Under the pieces are notes generated by a model. It saw only the letters and a list, made by a program, of their open reading frames with translations, was not told where the DNA came from and searched no databases. A stretch of DNA of 63,951 nt, filler included, from Rhabdomonas costata (taxonomy: Eukaryota), in assembly GCA_019059605.1 (NCBI GenBank). It is 33 parts of 33 records of this genome, joined end to end, with 100 filler letters (N's around TTAATTAATTAA, not from the genome) between each part and the next. Parts side by side here need not be neighbours in the genome. Positions count along the whole stretch, not along the records: positions 50,466 to 52,308 come from JAHMHO010008345.1; positions 52,409 to 54,248 come from JAHMHO010008346.1; positions 54,349 to 56,198 come from JAHMHO010008347.1; positions 56,299 to 58,135 come from JAHMHO010008348.1; positions 58,236 to 60,075 come from JAHMHO010008349.1; positions 60,176 to 62,011 come from JAHMHO010008350.1; positions 62,112 to 63,951 come from JAHMHO010008351.1; 26 more parts are not named here. The stretch is one strand, 5' to 3'. A program made the position numbers and the translations under genes. Each line of letters opens with the position of its first letter. Positions within the stretch are counted from its first letter, which is position 1. This document shows positions 50,523-63,553 of the stretch, in pieces.

Positions 50523-51662
50523 CTGCTCGCTCTGCTCATGAAGCTCCAAGTCGCGCTGCTTTCTCCGCTGGCCTTCCTCCGCGGTCTTCATCATCGCCGA
50601 GAGCTGCCCCAGCTCCCGCTCCAGCAGCTGCTTGTCCGCCAGCAGCTCCGTGTTCTGGCGGTAGATCGCTTTCATCTTCTCATCCAAAAGCCCGTAGGCG
50701 TGGCTCTCCACCTCCTGCACATCCACAAGTGTGTTTTTCCACTTTTATAGCTACACTCCAAAGAACAGGCAATAATGCTGGTGGAAGCACAAGTCAACGC
50801 TGCGAGCGCTGGCGGCACAGCGCGTCCCATTTGTGCAGGCATTTCTGAGCCGCATTCAGCCAGCAGCCTTTCACAGCTCACAAGCGCAGCAGACTGCCAA
50901 GAGACATCAGCCGAGTGGGATTGGGGTGAGGGGGCGACCTGCTGGAAGCGCTGGGTCAGGGCCTGCTCCTCGGCTTTCAGCCGCACCCGGTCCTCCATGT
51001 TCACGAAGCGGACCCGGCTTAACTCGGCCTCGTACCGCTCCTTCAGCTGGGCCTCGCTCTCGCGCAGTCGCCGCAGCTCCGCCTCCATTTCCGCCCGCTC
51101 TCTCTTGAACTGCGCCACGGCCGCCTGCAAGATGGAAAGGAAGCGGGGGGGGGATCATGACTCGAAAACACACAATAAAAAAGCAAGCATGCAACGATGA
51201 TATGGTGGCTGAATGGAAAACACCGCAGTGAGCCATCCCCACCTTATTTTGACTTCTTCCAATTTTTGGCTTTAAGTCAGATTCCTCCCGTTTCTTGTGG
51301 TCGTTTGCATGTTTTTGCCCCTGCAAGAAAACCCCGACATCTTGGGGCAGCTCCTTGAACAAAAAAATGTCATGCATGCCCCGGCTGTACAAACACACCT
51401 TGACAAAGGCTTATAAGACGACTCTTTCCTTATAAGGACGAACATGAGCTCCATTTCACACAACTGGCTGCAACGGACTGCGTTCCCTAGCTGGTCGTCT
51501 TTACGCGAAGCGCGTATGCACATCTGCACAAAGGCATACTCTGCGTCTCCTGTTTTTTTGCTAAGGTCTTTCTGCGTTCAGAGGAAGTTTCAAATTTCTC
51601 CCGGCTTCCCAGCCACTATTCGGTTCTCGGTTTGCGGAACACCCCTCTGCACACGGACAATC

Positions 51663-51699
<37 letters not shown>

Positions 51700-52138
51700 T
51701 ACGCATACACATACGCATACACACACGCGTACACTTTTTGCAGGGCATCTCGACTTTTTCTGGGGAAAAAGGCTAGTTCCCTCTCCCCTGCCCCCAATGC
51801 GCTCCACCGTAGTGGTCCCATGTGGTCCTCCATGAGCTTCCGCGCCCCCCTTCCTTCAGAGGTGGTGCAGGGAAGACACACAAATAATCACATTCGAAAA
51901 CGCAACGCACACGCATACACATACAACCACACAGGCACACCAGCTCGCCCTGCAGCCGCATGATCTCGCTCTGGGTCTTCAGGAGCTGCCCGTCCTTGCT
52001 CTCGACCTCGACATGGAAGGTCATCTCGCGGCGCCTCCAGTGCGCCTCCAGCTCGCTCTTCTCCTCCCTCAGGCTGGACGTCAGCTGCAGCACCTGGTCC
52101 TGCTTCCGCCCCAGCTCCGCCTTCAGGGCTTCCGTCAC
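50523..52138 (-). CDS. Long coiled-coil protein; exons 52138-51941, 51124-50939 and 50714-50523
   Basis: E/Q/K/L-rich heptad sequence (VTEALKAELGRKQDQVLQL..., AAVAQFKRERAEMEAELRRL..., EVESHAYGLLDEKMK...) with phase-0 GT-AG introns. Confidence 0.75.
51662..51726. repeat. (CATACA)n hexanucleotide microsatellite in an intron
   Basis: catacacatacacatac... tract. Confidence 0.9.
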
Positions 52139-52414
52139 CTGATTTCGAGAGACCATAAATAAAGCGGTACCGCAGACCCACTGCCCAATGGTTGAACAGC
52201 ACAAATGCAAGAACTCCCGTGCCCCTGCCCCTGCGGTCAAAAACGCAGGGGCACAGGAGCACACCAAGCCCTAATCTCGTACGTCACCATATGATCACAA
52301 ACCCCCACNNNNNNNNNNNNNNNNNNNNNNNNNNNNNNNNNNNNNNNNNNNNTTAATTAATTAANNNNNNNNNNNNNNNNNNNNNNNNNNNNNNNNNNNN
52401 NNNNNNNNTGTGGT

Positions 52415-54248
52415 GTGGTGGCTGCTGCGGGGCAGTCGCTGCTGGGCTCCTCCATCGATGGGCAGTTTACTGCACCGAACTTCCACTTTGGGCAAGGCAG
52501 CTCGAGCTACTTCCACTTTGGGCATGCGCTATCGGATGATCTTGGGCTTTCGTGGCAGACCAGCGTTGTCATGTCTGAAACAACCTTGTTTAGGGTTTGT
52601 TCGTTCTTGTCTTTTTCTATTGAAAGCTGCTGGTGTGAGTCTTTTTCTTCCCGCACGCACGCTGTACTTATAAATGTAGAGTGCAAAGTCTTCGAACCTC
52701 GCGTACAGCCTCACCGCCCCTAGTTTTGTTGCATAGCTTGACGTGATGCTTATCGCTTACGATTCTTAAGATTACGGTTTTTTATGTCTTCCCTCTGCGC
52801 GTTCCAACAGCCACCACCACAGGAAATGAGATGAGTGAAGCCTGGAAGGAAGGGCAACAGCATGAAGTCAATTCGTAGGACATCCCAGTGGGCTCAACCT
52901 CAAGGACAAGACTGAGGACGCTAGGGATTCCACAGACCCTCCCACGGAACGGGGACACCCCACCTCACCCAAGCTATCAAGGTCTGGCCCCCATTTTTGG
53001 TGGAGCTGTGCAGCCAAAGTTTTGGTACCACTTGGTATGTCAGGGCTTTGGTGGACATGCGCACCGGGATTGGAGTCATGGGTTTGACTCGGGTTAGTTT
53101 CATTTCCTTGGTCACCGTTGACGGTAAAGGTATCAAGGAAGGTCTTGGGTCCCCAGAACTGGTTTGCGTTAGACCGATTGACATCGCTAACCCCCACAAC
53201 ATTTCACCCCCTTCCACCAAAAACATTGGCAACGACAACAATGGCAGAAGGATGTATTTTTGACCTGTGTAACATTCATTGTGGCTCAGGACATCAATGC
53301 CGCTGTCGCGAGGATGGTCGGCATCACCATGGGCGCAGTCGTTGCATTGGGCTTACTCAGTAGCGTGTTGGTCTCCGCGCTGATTACCATCCCTTTGTTT
53401 CGGCTGGCCCACGGAATGAGCCAGATGGCCGTGTTGAAGCTGGAAAGTGACGAGGCCAAGGGGTCGCTGCTCGCGTCTCGATCGCAGTTTTTTGAAGTGG
53501 CGACGTGCGAGAGCTCGTTCGTTGCTCTGGAAAGGTCTCCGCTTTATTCGACGGTGATTCACTAAACATTAGACGTTCGGACATTTCAGCCCTCTCCACT
53601 ACCCCGCGAAGCAACGAGGAGCAAATGCGCTTGACACCCCAATATCCAGTTTCCCCTCCCGCTGCTCACCCCTTGCACAGTACCTTACGGGTTTAGAAGC
53701 TACAGTGGCTTACCACTGAATGGCTGCAAGCGTGGCTGGGCTGCGCGCGGACCCAGCTGCCAAGAGCCGAAAGTGGGAACCGGTTACGGGCGCGATGTAT
53801 TCCTTTCAATATAAGACGGTGGGCGTGGAGTCTCCTGAGCTGCAATGATGGGAATGTTGGGATGGGTCTGAAGGGAATTCTTGACCCTGTTATCCTCACT
53901 GAAATCACTGAAGGATAAACCTCTCCTAGCTGTGACCTGTGTCACCCTCTAACATTTGCAATCTCTGCAATCTCTTGCGATTTTATGACTTGGGCCGAGG
54001 AGAGGGCCTGAAGCCCAGGATTCTAGGTTCCAGGTCCCAGGTTCGCTCTTTTTTCTCCTCGTGATCTCGTTTCGAGTCGCCAATTTATTCACGGTCACTG
54101 TTGTGTCGCTTATCCCGATTGTCTCACCACCTTGTGATGCGCATGAACCTTTAGTTTAGTACCCTGCATTCTGCTTATTCTTCTTCTGATTCTGTGACGT
54201 GTCAAAGTGCTGTGGCTTTTTCTCAGAGGTCTGAAGGCCTTCGTGAGG
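52415..54248 (+). CDS. Membrane receptor-type nucleotide cyclase-like protein (extracellular end, TM, HAMP-like linker); exons about 52415-52594, 53290-53534 and 54227-54248
   Basis: DDLGLSWQTSVVMSETTLFR|DINAAVARMVGITMGAVVALGLLSSVLVSALITIPLFRLAHGMSQMAVLKL...SQFFEVATCESSFVALER|GLKAFVR is the typical linker before class III cyclase domains. The catalytic domain is not in the window. Confidence 0.65.
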
Positions 54249-56298
54249 NNNNNNNNNNNNNNNNNNNNNNNNNNNNNNNNNNNNNNNNNNNNTTAATTAA
54301 TTAANNNNNNNNNNNNNNNNNNNNNNNNNNNNNNNNNNNNNNNNNNNNGTTTTTGTGGGGTTCTATTCGTGAAATGTGCTCAACGAAACGGTGCTTTGCA
54401 CCATCTGCTTTTTAATATTGTCCGGGTTTTTGTTTGGTCCCCGGCCTTCTCTTTGGATGTTTTTTGGACTGGGTGTGTGTGTGTGTGTGTGTGTGTGTGT
54501 TCGAGGGGGGGGGTACCATCAGACCCGACCAAACGGCAACACTGCAAAATAGAAGCCCCACTGACTCCTAAATTTATTTTGCTTCGCGTGCTTGAAGCCA
54601 GGCCTCATCCAGTTTAATCGTTTGATCGAGTTTCTCTGCCGTCTTCTTTACCTTTTTTGTACTTTCTCTCATTTGCAACGCCGGGTTGACGAGCTCCGCG
54701 GACTTGTCCTTAACCCTGCGGCCTGTTCTCCGGTTTGCTTTTTTGTTACAGCAAGGACATCCATATACCATTCTGCTCCTTACCTATTTTTCTGCCTTCT
54801 CCCCTGCATCTGTTCCTCAAACGTTTTCTTGAACGCAACTAAATTCAGCGTCTTTGCCTCCGTTTGTTAATTTAGATTCTGTGCTTTTTCTCTTTTGTAA
54901 CATTTTGGTACCAGAAGTTTTCTACTTTGCCACGCGGTGGGCCTCTAATTGGCCGCAATCATCCAGCACGCACAAGTTGAACAGCGGCCGGATGTAGTGG
55001 CAGGACGTCGAACATATTTACGGGTTGATTCAAATACTGACAGGGAGCAGCAATTACTCGTCACAGTAGTTCCCATTGGGAAGAGTCGAAAAGTCAAGGA
55101 AGGAAAAGCGATGTGCCCACAAAAACGGCAGTGGCTACCAAATTTGGTCTCATTCACAAAACTCATAAAAATACATCCGAGGAAACTGCTTGGAGCGAAG
55201 CCCGCACTTCAGCGCGGATGCTGGCTGGAGGTGTACTCAGTATAAAGCAGATCCCCCGCGCCAGAAAGAGACGACAAAGTGGTCACCGCCCGGTTGGTTG
55301 AGCCTCGCACTCCGATGGCATTGTCAACATCTTCCTCGCTGTTGCTCACATCCTCGTCTGGACTGGAGTCGTTGGTATTGTTTTTTCGGGACTGATAAAA
55401 GATAATGGTGAAGAGCGAACTGTGCACACAAACAATGCTAATTGATCCACCTTGGCGACCTTGTGAACTGCTGAACCGCGTTTTTGCTAAGATATGCGAT
55501 AAGGCATCATTCATTAAATTGAGCTTCAAGCCAAAAATTTCTCCCCACAAAAATAGGGACGGTCACTCAGCCTATTAAAAAGTCCACAACGGATGCCAGA
55601 GTGTACCTTGGAGGCGGGTTCATGGAAAGAGCCTATTTCGTTTCACATGCTATTTCGTTTTCAATCGGTATTGCCATACCGGCCGAAAATGGCGAATACC
55701 TTGGCTTGGCTGTTTTCCAAAGTTGAAGTACAACCCCTACGACGACATGTGGGTGAAGGTTGATCCAGAAGGCACATTGGCAGATTTGCGTGGAATCATG
55801 TGCAATCATAAGCACTACTGTCGTCAAGGAAACGCAGCCCACCCATTTGCGTTTAAAGATGATGCGCTGACGCAACAAAAGACATACCCAGCGCACAACA
55901 CGAACCTCAAGGGCCAGAGTATCAGTGGTAATTGAAAGTACTTTGGTCAGGAGCTCCATTTGGCTTTCGGGAGTGGAGCATGCCAAGGATTCCATCTAAG
56001 AGAACAACCCCCCAACTCCCCAAAATCCCCTCACCCCTGGGACGCTTAATGAATGGGAGAGTGATATCCTCACATGGTGCCCCCGTCCAGATTTCCCCAC
56101 TCTTCAAACTTTGGTGTGGGCATATTTTCAGTTTGAACCGAAACAGCCGAAACAGGCTACAGGCTGAAGGCCTGGGGTCTTCTATATACACAACAACCNN
56201 NNNNNNNNNNNNNNNNNNNNNNNNNNNNNNNNNNNNNNNNNNTTAATTAATTAANNNNNNNNNNNNNNNNNNNNNNNNNNNNNNNNNNNNNNNNNNNN

Positions 56299-58084
56299 CG
56301 GCGCATCCCGAAACGCGGCCCTGGTGGACGCGGAGTCACAGTTGCGCAGCAAACACTGCACAGTCCCCGGAACCCGTGGCCGGACAGCCGCAGACCATGT
56401 GGAGGTCGTCCTCGAGAGGAGACCCGCAGCATGGGCATGGTGGAGGAGGCTGACGCCGGGTACTGGCATGGTGGTCAGATGTGACCAGAGCCCAGAGCGC
56501 GCGCGTGCCACCAACTTCAGCACCAGTTTGTCGGCGGCGTGCACGAATGCGCGGCCTTTTACCGTGGGGCATTTTTATATGTGCACAGAGGTGGGCCAGT
56601 CAAATTGCATCACCGCTGGGTACATGGTGGCGAGCCACCAGAGGCGCTGCTCGGCGAGAGCGCGATGGTCTTCACACCAGAGGGCCGAGAGTGCCACGTT
56701 GAGGTCCGTCAGCCAGCTTCCGGAGGCGTCCTGGAGCTGAACGGCATCGGCCGACCGGGGGTCCGTGACATGCCACGGAGGACGCGATGAGGTGGCCGCC
56801 GCCTTGGCCCGACCATCCGCGGCGTCATTGCCCAGGGCCTTCGGGCATCCGGCACGGCATGTCCGGTCATGCGCTTGGACTTTTTCCAACAAAGGGGCGA
56901 GGGTAGACCCTTGCCATTGGTAGAGGAAGGAACGCACCGCCGCTCGTTCCTGGCAGGCCAGAATGGCGGCATAGGCCGCCAACGCCCGCCTCGTGGACGA
57001 GCGCTTCGAGGGCCTCCGAGATGGTCAAGGAACTGTGAGCGCCAGACGCCGAGGCCGGCAACCGCGACATGGCCAGGAAGGCGGGATGAAGCTGCCAGCG
57101 CGCGAGCAGGGCATGCCAGTCCGCCGACTCTCGGAGCTCCGACGGCCCCAGTAGAAGCACCGCCGGCAAACGGGGGCGAGGAGCATACCAGGAAAGACCA
57201 AGGGGCTGCAGCCGCAATCCCACCACAACCGGGGAGTGGCCGCCATCCATGACCCCGGAAGCGATGGACACCGTGGCCACCAAGGGAAGGGCGGAGTGCG
57301 AGCCCAGGACGAGATCACAGCGGGACCACCCCGTGGAACCATCGGCGCGGGCCAATCGGAAGGTGGGGTCTAGCGCCCCCGGGCACAGGGCGCGTTGGAG
57401 GTCAATGAACGGACCGCCCGGTCCTAGGAGGCGGGTAAGGACGGGGCACACCCGGCGCTGCTCGCCGGCGCTGTAGTCCCGGTTGGGATCCACGGAGCCA
57501 TTGAAGTCCCCCATGAGCAGCGTGGGGACCTGGAGATCCAGCGACGACACCAGGGACCACAACTCGCCCAGGAACGCTTGCCGAAATCCCGCGTCCCGCG
57601 CGAGGGGTGCGTAAAGCGAGAAGAGCCGTAGGCCGCGAGGAAGGTCCAACCGAGGGGGGACCTCGACCGCGTGGACCCGCGCCATGGCGTGGAGGCGACG
57701 CCAAGCCGGACCACGGGGCAGGAGCGGAGATACCGCGACCCCAGGCGCGGTGACGAAACCGACCCCACAGTGGTCTCCGTGAATGCCCGCTCTGGTGGCT
57801 GGCACCGGGTGGCCGTGGTGCAACGTCCAGCCCCGGCGACGAAGTGCGCCTCGCGCAGCCTCCAGGGGAAGTGTCGAGAGCTTGGTTTCCTGGAGAGCGA
57901 CCACCTGGAGGTCCAGGGGAAGGAGTGGTGCCAAGCGATCCTGTACCCACCAGGACACATTCCAGGTGCCCACCCACAACAACCGCGTGGAGGGCCCAGA
58001 GGGCCCACTGCCACCTTGTATCTCCCAGGTCGAGCCTGGGAATGCTCCCGGGGCCCCCGATGAGGGGCCTGTGTGGCCAGGGTA
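56299..58084 (-). mobile_element. Non-LTR retrotransposon fragment: APE endonuclease joined to an RNase H C-terminus and CCHC knuckle, RT absent
   Basis: GTWNV, VALQETK, GVG, SLYAP, MGDFNG, SRCDLVL and GHSPV are APE motifs. A shifted frame then gives EKVQAH...GNDAADGRAK (RNase H), followed by CPCCGSPLEDDLHMVCGCP. Confidence 0.9.
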
Positions 58085-58235
58085 TGTGGTCATTGGGACG
58101 GGGGGGAGGTCCGCCCGTCCCAATGACCACACACCNNNNNNNNNNNNNNNNNNNNNNNNNNNNNNNNNNNNNNNNNNNNTTAATTAATTAANNNNNNNNN
58201 NNNNNNNNNNNNNNNNNNNNNNNNNNNNNNNNNNN

Positions 58236-58261
58236 GTGTTGGTGTGTTTGGGTTGGTGGGT
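58236..58261 (+). other. Whole-genome-amplification primer remnant
   Basis: GTGTTGGTGTGTTTGG plus 10 G/T-only bases. The opposite contig end (60049-60075) has 10 C/A-only bases plus CCAAACACACCCACCAC. Confidence 0.8.
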
Positions 58262-58623
58262 AACGGTGAACCGTACGGGAAGGTACATTCTCATTTGCCG
58301 TGTTTCTTTTTGGCCGCAGCGGTTTATTTCTGTTTCATTTGCCCCGCGCCGCTCTCGGCTTTTATACTGGACAAACTTTGCAATGGGTGAGCGTTAATGG
58401 TTTAAAAGTGAAAAGAGGACCTGGCGTTCCCGGTGGACGCAACTGCAAATTACACGTGTTGACCTCTCACGCAGAACTATTTTTGCGGGGTGTTGCACTT
58501 TCCGCATCTTTGTCCCTTACATATATACGGTCTCATGTCCCGGTGTGCGAGAAGGTTGCCGTCAATGGCGCGTGGACCTTGTAATTGGTCTCGCGCTTCC
58601 ATATGCTTTTCGGGGTTTCATAG

Positions 58624-59619
58624 GTTTGCCGGGCTGGTGATCGTGTCACAGTGGTGATGGATACCCAACGGGGCCGGCTGAGCTTTCGCTACAACGGCAC
58701 CCCTCTTGGCGAGGTCATTGCCGAGCACGGCTGCGATCTTTCTTACCGTGAGTGCAAATATGATATTGCAAGGTCAAACGATGATTGAGAAATCGGTAAA
58801 ATCACCAGGGAACATATCAATTGGGCGAAGCGGGTGCTAGATTTGCGCGGGACCTGTTTTTTGAACCGATTAACATCATCTCCCGCACATCCTCCTGTAG
58901 GCCTTTCACGACATCTACGGCACGGTGTACCCCGCAGTTTGCCTGTGTGGGGTGAATCTCGTGCATTGCGGCAAGGAATGCGTTCGCGACCAGCCCGAGC
59001 CCGAACTGGCCTCCTCCTCCACTGCCGGTACCTCGTAGGCCGCCCGTGTGTCCCAACACTTTTTCTGTGCAATGAGCGGATGGAAATCTTTCAGTCTTGG
59101 GAATGCAGGGTGTTCGGTGTGACGAGTCAAGTGACTTTCAACTGGGGCCGAAAAAATACTGTAGGCAGGGTTGCCAGGTCCTTTGTATGTGTGGTGCTTC
59201 TGTCTGGTTTTATGTGTTAGTGCTGCGGACGCTTCTGTTGGCCGGGGGGGGGGGGCGGGCAGTGCACGTTTGACGCCGTGAATTCTCGTGCGGGTGAACA
59301 GGAGCTAGATAACAGCTGGTTTGGTGTGTCGTTGGCGTGTCGCTTTCTATCGACATTTTTCCATCGTTAAACAACGACAGCATCAACGCCCCCCCCCTTC
59401 TCTACCTCCAAATTTCGCCCTGTTTTTGATTTTGCCCCGTAACTGCGTTTCGGGGCAACTAACAAGACACGCTTGCAAACACTCATCACCCCGTTTTCTG
59501 TGGCATTCAGCATCCCCGGCGATGGAGGTGCACCTGAAGTCCTCCAAGACTGAGCTAGCTGCCGGTGCTCCAATGGAGGGTGCAGTCTTGGAGCTGAGCA
59601 CTGCGGCCACGGGAGGCAG
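58624..59619 (+). CDS. SPRY/B30.2-domain protein; exons 58624-58713, 58901-59027 and 59511-59619
   Basis: Spliced product VCRAGDRVTVVMDTQRGRLSFRYNGTPLGE|AFHDIYGTVYPAVCL matches the SPRY consensus GD.i.v.lD...g.lsF..NG..lG.AF......yPav. Confidence 0.85.
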
Positions 59620-60332
59620 GTGAGTCAGTTTTTACCAGAACCGCGAATGTCGCAGTTGGATTTCTTCAGTAGTGTCGTCCGATTTCCTGCCGTTTTCACA
59701 GACTTCGACGAATTACTTGACTATCTTATGGCCCATAGCCGGTACCAGTTCACGTCAACATACCCACTGCATTACCCCATGGTTGCGTCGCGCTTCTCTT
59801 CGTTCTGCGTGGTGGATAGTTCGATTGTAAGTGTGGCAAAATGGACAATAATTGGAGTTGTCGTGCACAAAAAAAATCGCCCGTTCCCGGTGCCCCCTGA
59901 TATGATGGGATCACTTGCAGAGCTTCGAAGCTTTCACGCGCAGTAACCCTTGGCTTGTTTCCCTCTCTGTCAACTGTTTTTGTCCTATTTCTGGGCCATT
60001 TTGCCTATTTGGCCCCTTTTGGGGGTATTTTTCACTTTAAAATCTGCTAACACAAACACCAAACACACCCACCACNNNNNNNNNNNNNNNNNNNNNNNNN
60101 NNNNNNNNNNNNNNNNNNNTTAATTAATTAANNNNNNNNNNNNNNNNNNNNNNNNNNNNNNNNNNNNNNNNNNNNGGGGGTGTGGGTCCGAGCAAAAGGC
60201 AATGCAATAACACTGACAACGAGGGAACTTACACCGAAACCTTCTCAAAATTAATCAACACAGTACACACGTGGTCCGACCCCTTTCTTTCAAAACATTT
60301 GGAAACAAAGCGTTTACAAAGCACAACCACAC

Positions 60333-61441
60333 CGTTGTTTCCGTCTGAATCAATTCGCTGAAAAATGGCGTCCAGCTGCGGAGCAGACACAACTTCGCCC
60401 ACGTCTTGAAAAAGTGAAGCCAGTTCGGCCTTTGAAAGAACGCCGTTGCGGTCTTTGTCGTACCTGTTGAAGAAGGGCCTCAGGGTCTTTTTGAAGTCTG
60501 GTGCATAGTCCCCACTTGCTTTCTGCAATGCAGAAAATGAGCACGAGATGCGTGCGTCGGCGCGTTTCACATATATAATTCATTTCTTTGTCAAAAAAAT
60601 GCTAAAATATCTGAACAGTCATAACCTGCGCATCTTTTCTTCCTAGCCTATTTCCAACAGCTCACAACCAATAAGAAAAAGGTCAGCCAACCTGCGACCG
60701 AAATAGGCTTCGAAGAGTCACCATGTGGCCCTTCAGTGCCTGGCCCCAAATGCCGTTGACTTTCTCGCTCAGCACCGCGGTGTTCGGCTTCTTCACTTGG
60801 AGAACGAGGTAGCCAACAAAGAAGCCCATAGCCAAGATAAGACCTGTCAGGGCCCACCACCTTTCCTTGGCAGGGTCGCACTCGTTCTGGCTGACTTGAG
60901 TGCGAAGACCACACTGGTACCCAAAGGCTGGGCCCTGAATGACAACGTACGTTGTGGCGGACAGAAGCATAAACCAATACCCCACGCTAACCATGCTGGC
61001 ATCGCGAAGAACGCCGGTGTTGCGGAGCTGCCGTGGAGACTTCAGCTTGGGGTGCTTGTACGTCCCGGTACCGTCTTCGTTGATGTGCACTCGACCGGAA
61101 AGGATTGTGATGCCCCAGGGAATGGTAAGAAGCATGATAGTGGAGCCAGCCAGGGCGCCTACCCCAACTGTGAGCTGTTTTTGGGCGTCATCTCCCAGAC
61201 CTGAGAACAGCACGATGGCCCCGTCGGGAACCGCTCCAAGGACGGGAAGAACAACGCTGCCCACGATGCCTGCCATGCTGGGAACGAGAAGAAGCAGCTC
61301 ACTGCCGTCGGAGATGAGATTGGAGGCTTGGTAGAGCACGCAGGCATAGGATGCACCAAGCCAAACCACCTGGACCCCGCCAAAGAAGTTCTGTGGCAGC
61401 TCAGACGGATCGACAAAAAACTTGGCAATGAAAGCACCCAT
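60333..61441 (-). CDS. EF-hand-containing Ca2+/cation exchanger (NCL/EF-CAX-like); exons 61441-60692 and 60522-60333, 3'-partial
   Basis: ISDGSELLLLVPSMAGIVGSVVLPVLGAVPDGAIVLFSGLG...VGVGALAGSTIMLLTIPW, followed by EF-hands DKDRNGVLSKAE and DSDGNNG. Confidence 0.88.
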
Positions 61442-62114
61442 GGTGCTTTCGGGAAACGCTCCGGATAAATATGCGCACAACACAGGATATTTTGTATGGT
61501 AGACCGCAGCAATGCGAGGAAGGTGAAAGGCGGAAGTAAGATGCTGCGGACAGAAAAGGGAAAACGACAAAACATGTAATGCCCCCATGAATGCAATGGT
61601 CAATAACATTACGGCAATCGCTCAGGTCTTTTTCAGCATCGCGCATGCCTCTTATCCTAATGCCAACGTAGAGCGCACTCTTACAACGATGCTGTGTCCT
61701 CTCTTCAACCTCGTCCTGAGTGCCATACATTTGTAGTGACGTGTAAACAAGTGAAAACAGGCGCAGCCTGAATGCGGAGAGTCATGCTCGAACGCTATTT
61801 GTAACCCCTGAAATTTGGCTCACCACGGAGAAGCCCCAGAGATTGCTTTGACCTCAAACGAACTGGAGAGAGGTTACAGAGTGCATGACTGCGTTAGTTC
61901 TGAGGAGTGCATCTGTCTATCCTGCAAACAACTGAATGAAGACCCACCCTGCAAGTGAACTTCGTCAGCACTAGTACACCAACAGTAACCCTTTTCAGAG
62001 TACCCCACACCNNNNNNNNNNNNNNNNNNNNNNNNNNNNNNNNNNNNNNNNNNNNTTAATTAATTAANNNNNNNNNNNNNNNNNNNNNNNNNNNNNNNNN
62101 NNNNNNNNNNNTGT

Positions 62115-62432
62115 TTTTTGGATATACACAGAACTCGGAGGAAAATGACAGTATCCCCAGGAGCCGGCTTCCGATACTGCACCTGATAAAAAGGGAGGCG
62201 AAGAAAAGTCGCCCTGGGGACTGGACCACCATACGAACAGCGAAGGGTGGCCGATATTTACCAAAAGATGCCCAAAGGAGGCAATAATGTTCCATCACAT
62301 CACACAATCCGCTTAACATAACATTCACTTATACCGATATACAGATATGTGGCCTGCTGAAGGGTGATTGTTGACTTTTTGAATATACACAGAACTCGGA
62401 GGAAAATGACAGTATCCCCAGGAGCCGGCTTC
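62115..62432. repeat. 57-bp direct repeat pair (62115-62171 and 62376-62432)
   Basis: ATATACACAGAACTCGGAGGAAAATGACAGTATCCCCAGGAGCCGGCTTC occurs twice, 261 bp apart. Confidence 0.9.
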
Positions 62433-62566
62433 GAACTGAAAACCAGTTTGCAAACGCAACCTCCGCAGCAAAACACCCGCGTTGCCACCACACACACGAC
62501 ACCAATGGCCATTCAAACACGTAAAACATCTCAAGACCAAGTGGGGAGTTGTGGTGGGGCTCACAC

Positions 62567-63553
62567 CGCAGCTGGAGCAGCGTAGCCTTCAACGGCACTG
62601 GGCTGGGCCTCCGCAGCCTCCCCTGGGGGGCTGGGGGTGCCCTCGGCGTGGCGCAGGGCCTCAATCTCGCGCTGGGTAGCCTCCCACAGGGCGCTGCGCT
62701 GGTAGTGCTGCGGCAGGTCTGCACCAGACTCCAGGGCCTCCAGCATCCACGTCGCGGGGTTCTGCTTCCTGTGAAATAGAAAAGACCGTCAACGCAGATT
62801 GAAAGTATTGGGAAGCAGCTGGAGAAATATTACAAAACCCCACCCGTTTCATAAATGCGACCCTCCAGCGTACCACCCAGCTCCACCGGGGCCGGGCATC
62901 CCAAGGGAAGAAAAATGACTTCAACTTACATCTCTGAATACATCGCAACAGAAAACGCGATATAACTTTTTCTTTCCGCTCGCTCTTTTAATGTGAGCCT
63001 CGTACTTTTCGAAACTCCACTCCATGAGCATAAAAATCAATTGCGAATTGCGAAAGTGAAAGCACAAAGTCGTAATAAAAACCTCACTGTCCCTCTTTCT
63101 CTTGAAGTTGGGTTTCTGAATTTCTCATATTCTCTCCCTTGACCTGATTCGCAAAAGCAGCACGGAAGCGCATGCAAGCGCAAGTGCTCAAAACCCTGTC
63201 TAAGTGGCGAGTGGCAGACACAACCCAAAGAGTTAAACGTGCGCACCTGGCACATAAATACAAGGCGAAGCTCCCATTCCACCCCCCGCATCCCCGTCTC
63301 TCAATCACAAACACATACGGGTTGTAGGGCGCAACCCCGTCCGAGCTCTGCAAGTGGGCGATGAGATTCTGGCAGCCTGGGCCGAGGTCCCCGAAGAACA
63401 CCACCTGGCCCCCGGGCCGCAGCAGCAGCAGGCTGTCGAAGAGCTCCACCAGAGCCCGACTGGGCTGGTGGATGGTGCACAGCACGGTTCGGCCCGTGCG
63501 GGCCACATTGGCCACCACCCGCATCACCAGCAGTGCCGCCCTGGCATCCAGGC
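62567..63553 (-). CDS. ABCG/PDR-type ABC transporter; exons 63553-63319 and 62768-62567
   Basis: GLDARAALLVMRVVANVARTGRTVLCTIHQPSRALVELFDSLLLLRPGGQVVFFGDLG...YNP|KQNPATWMLE are PDR NBD2 hallmarks; phase-2 GT-AG intron. Confidence 0.93.
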
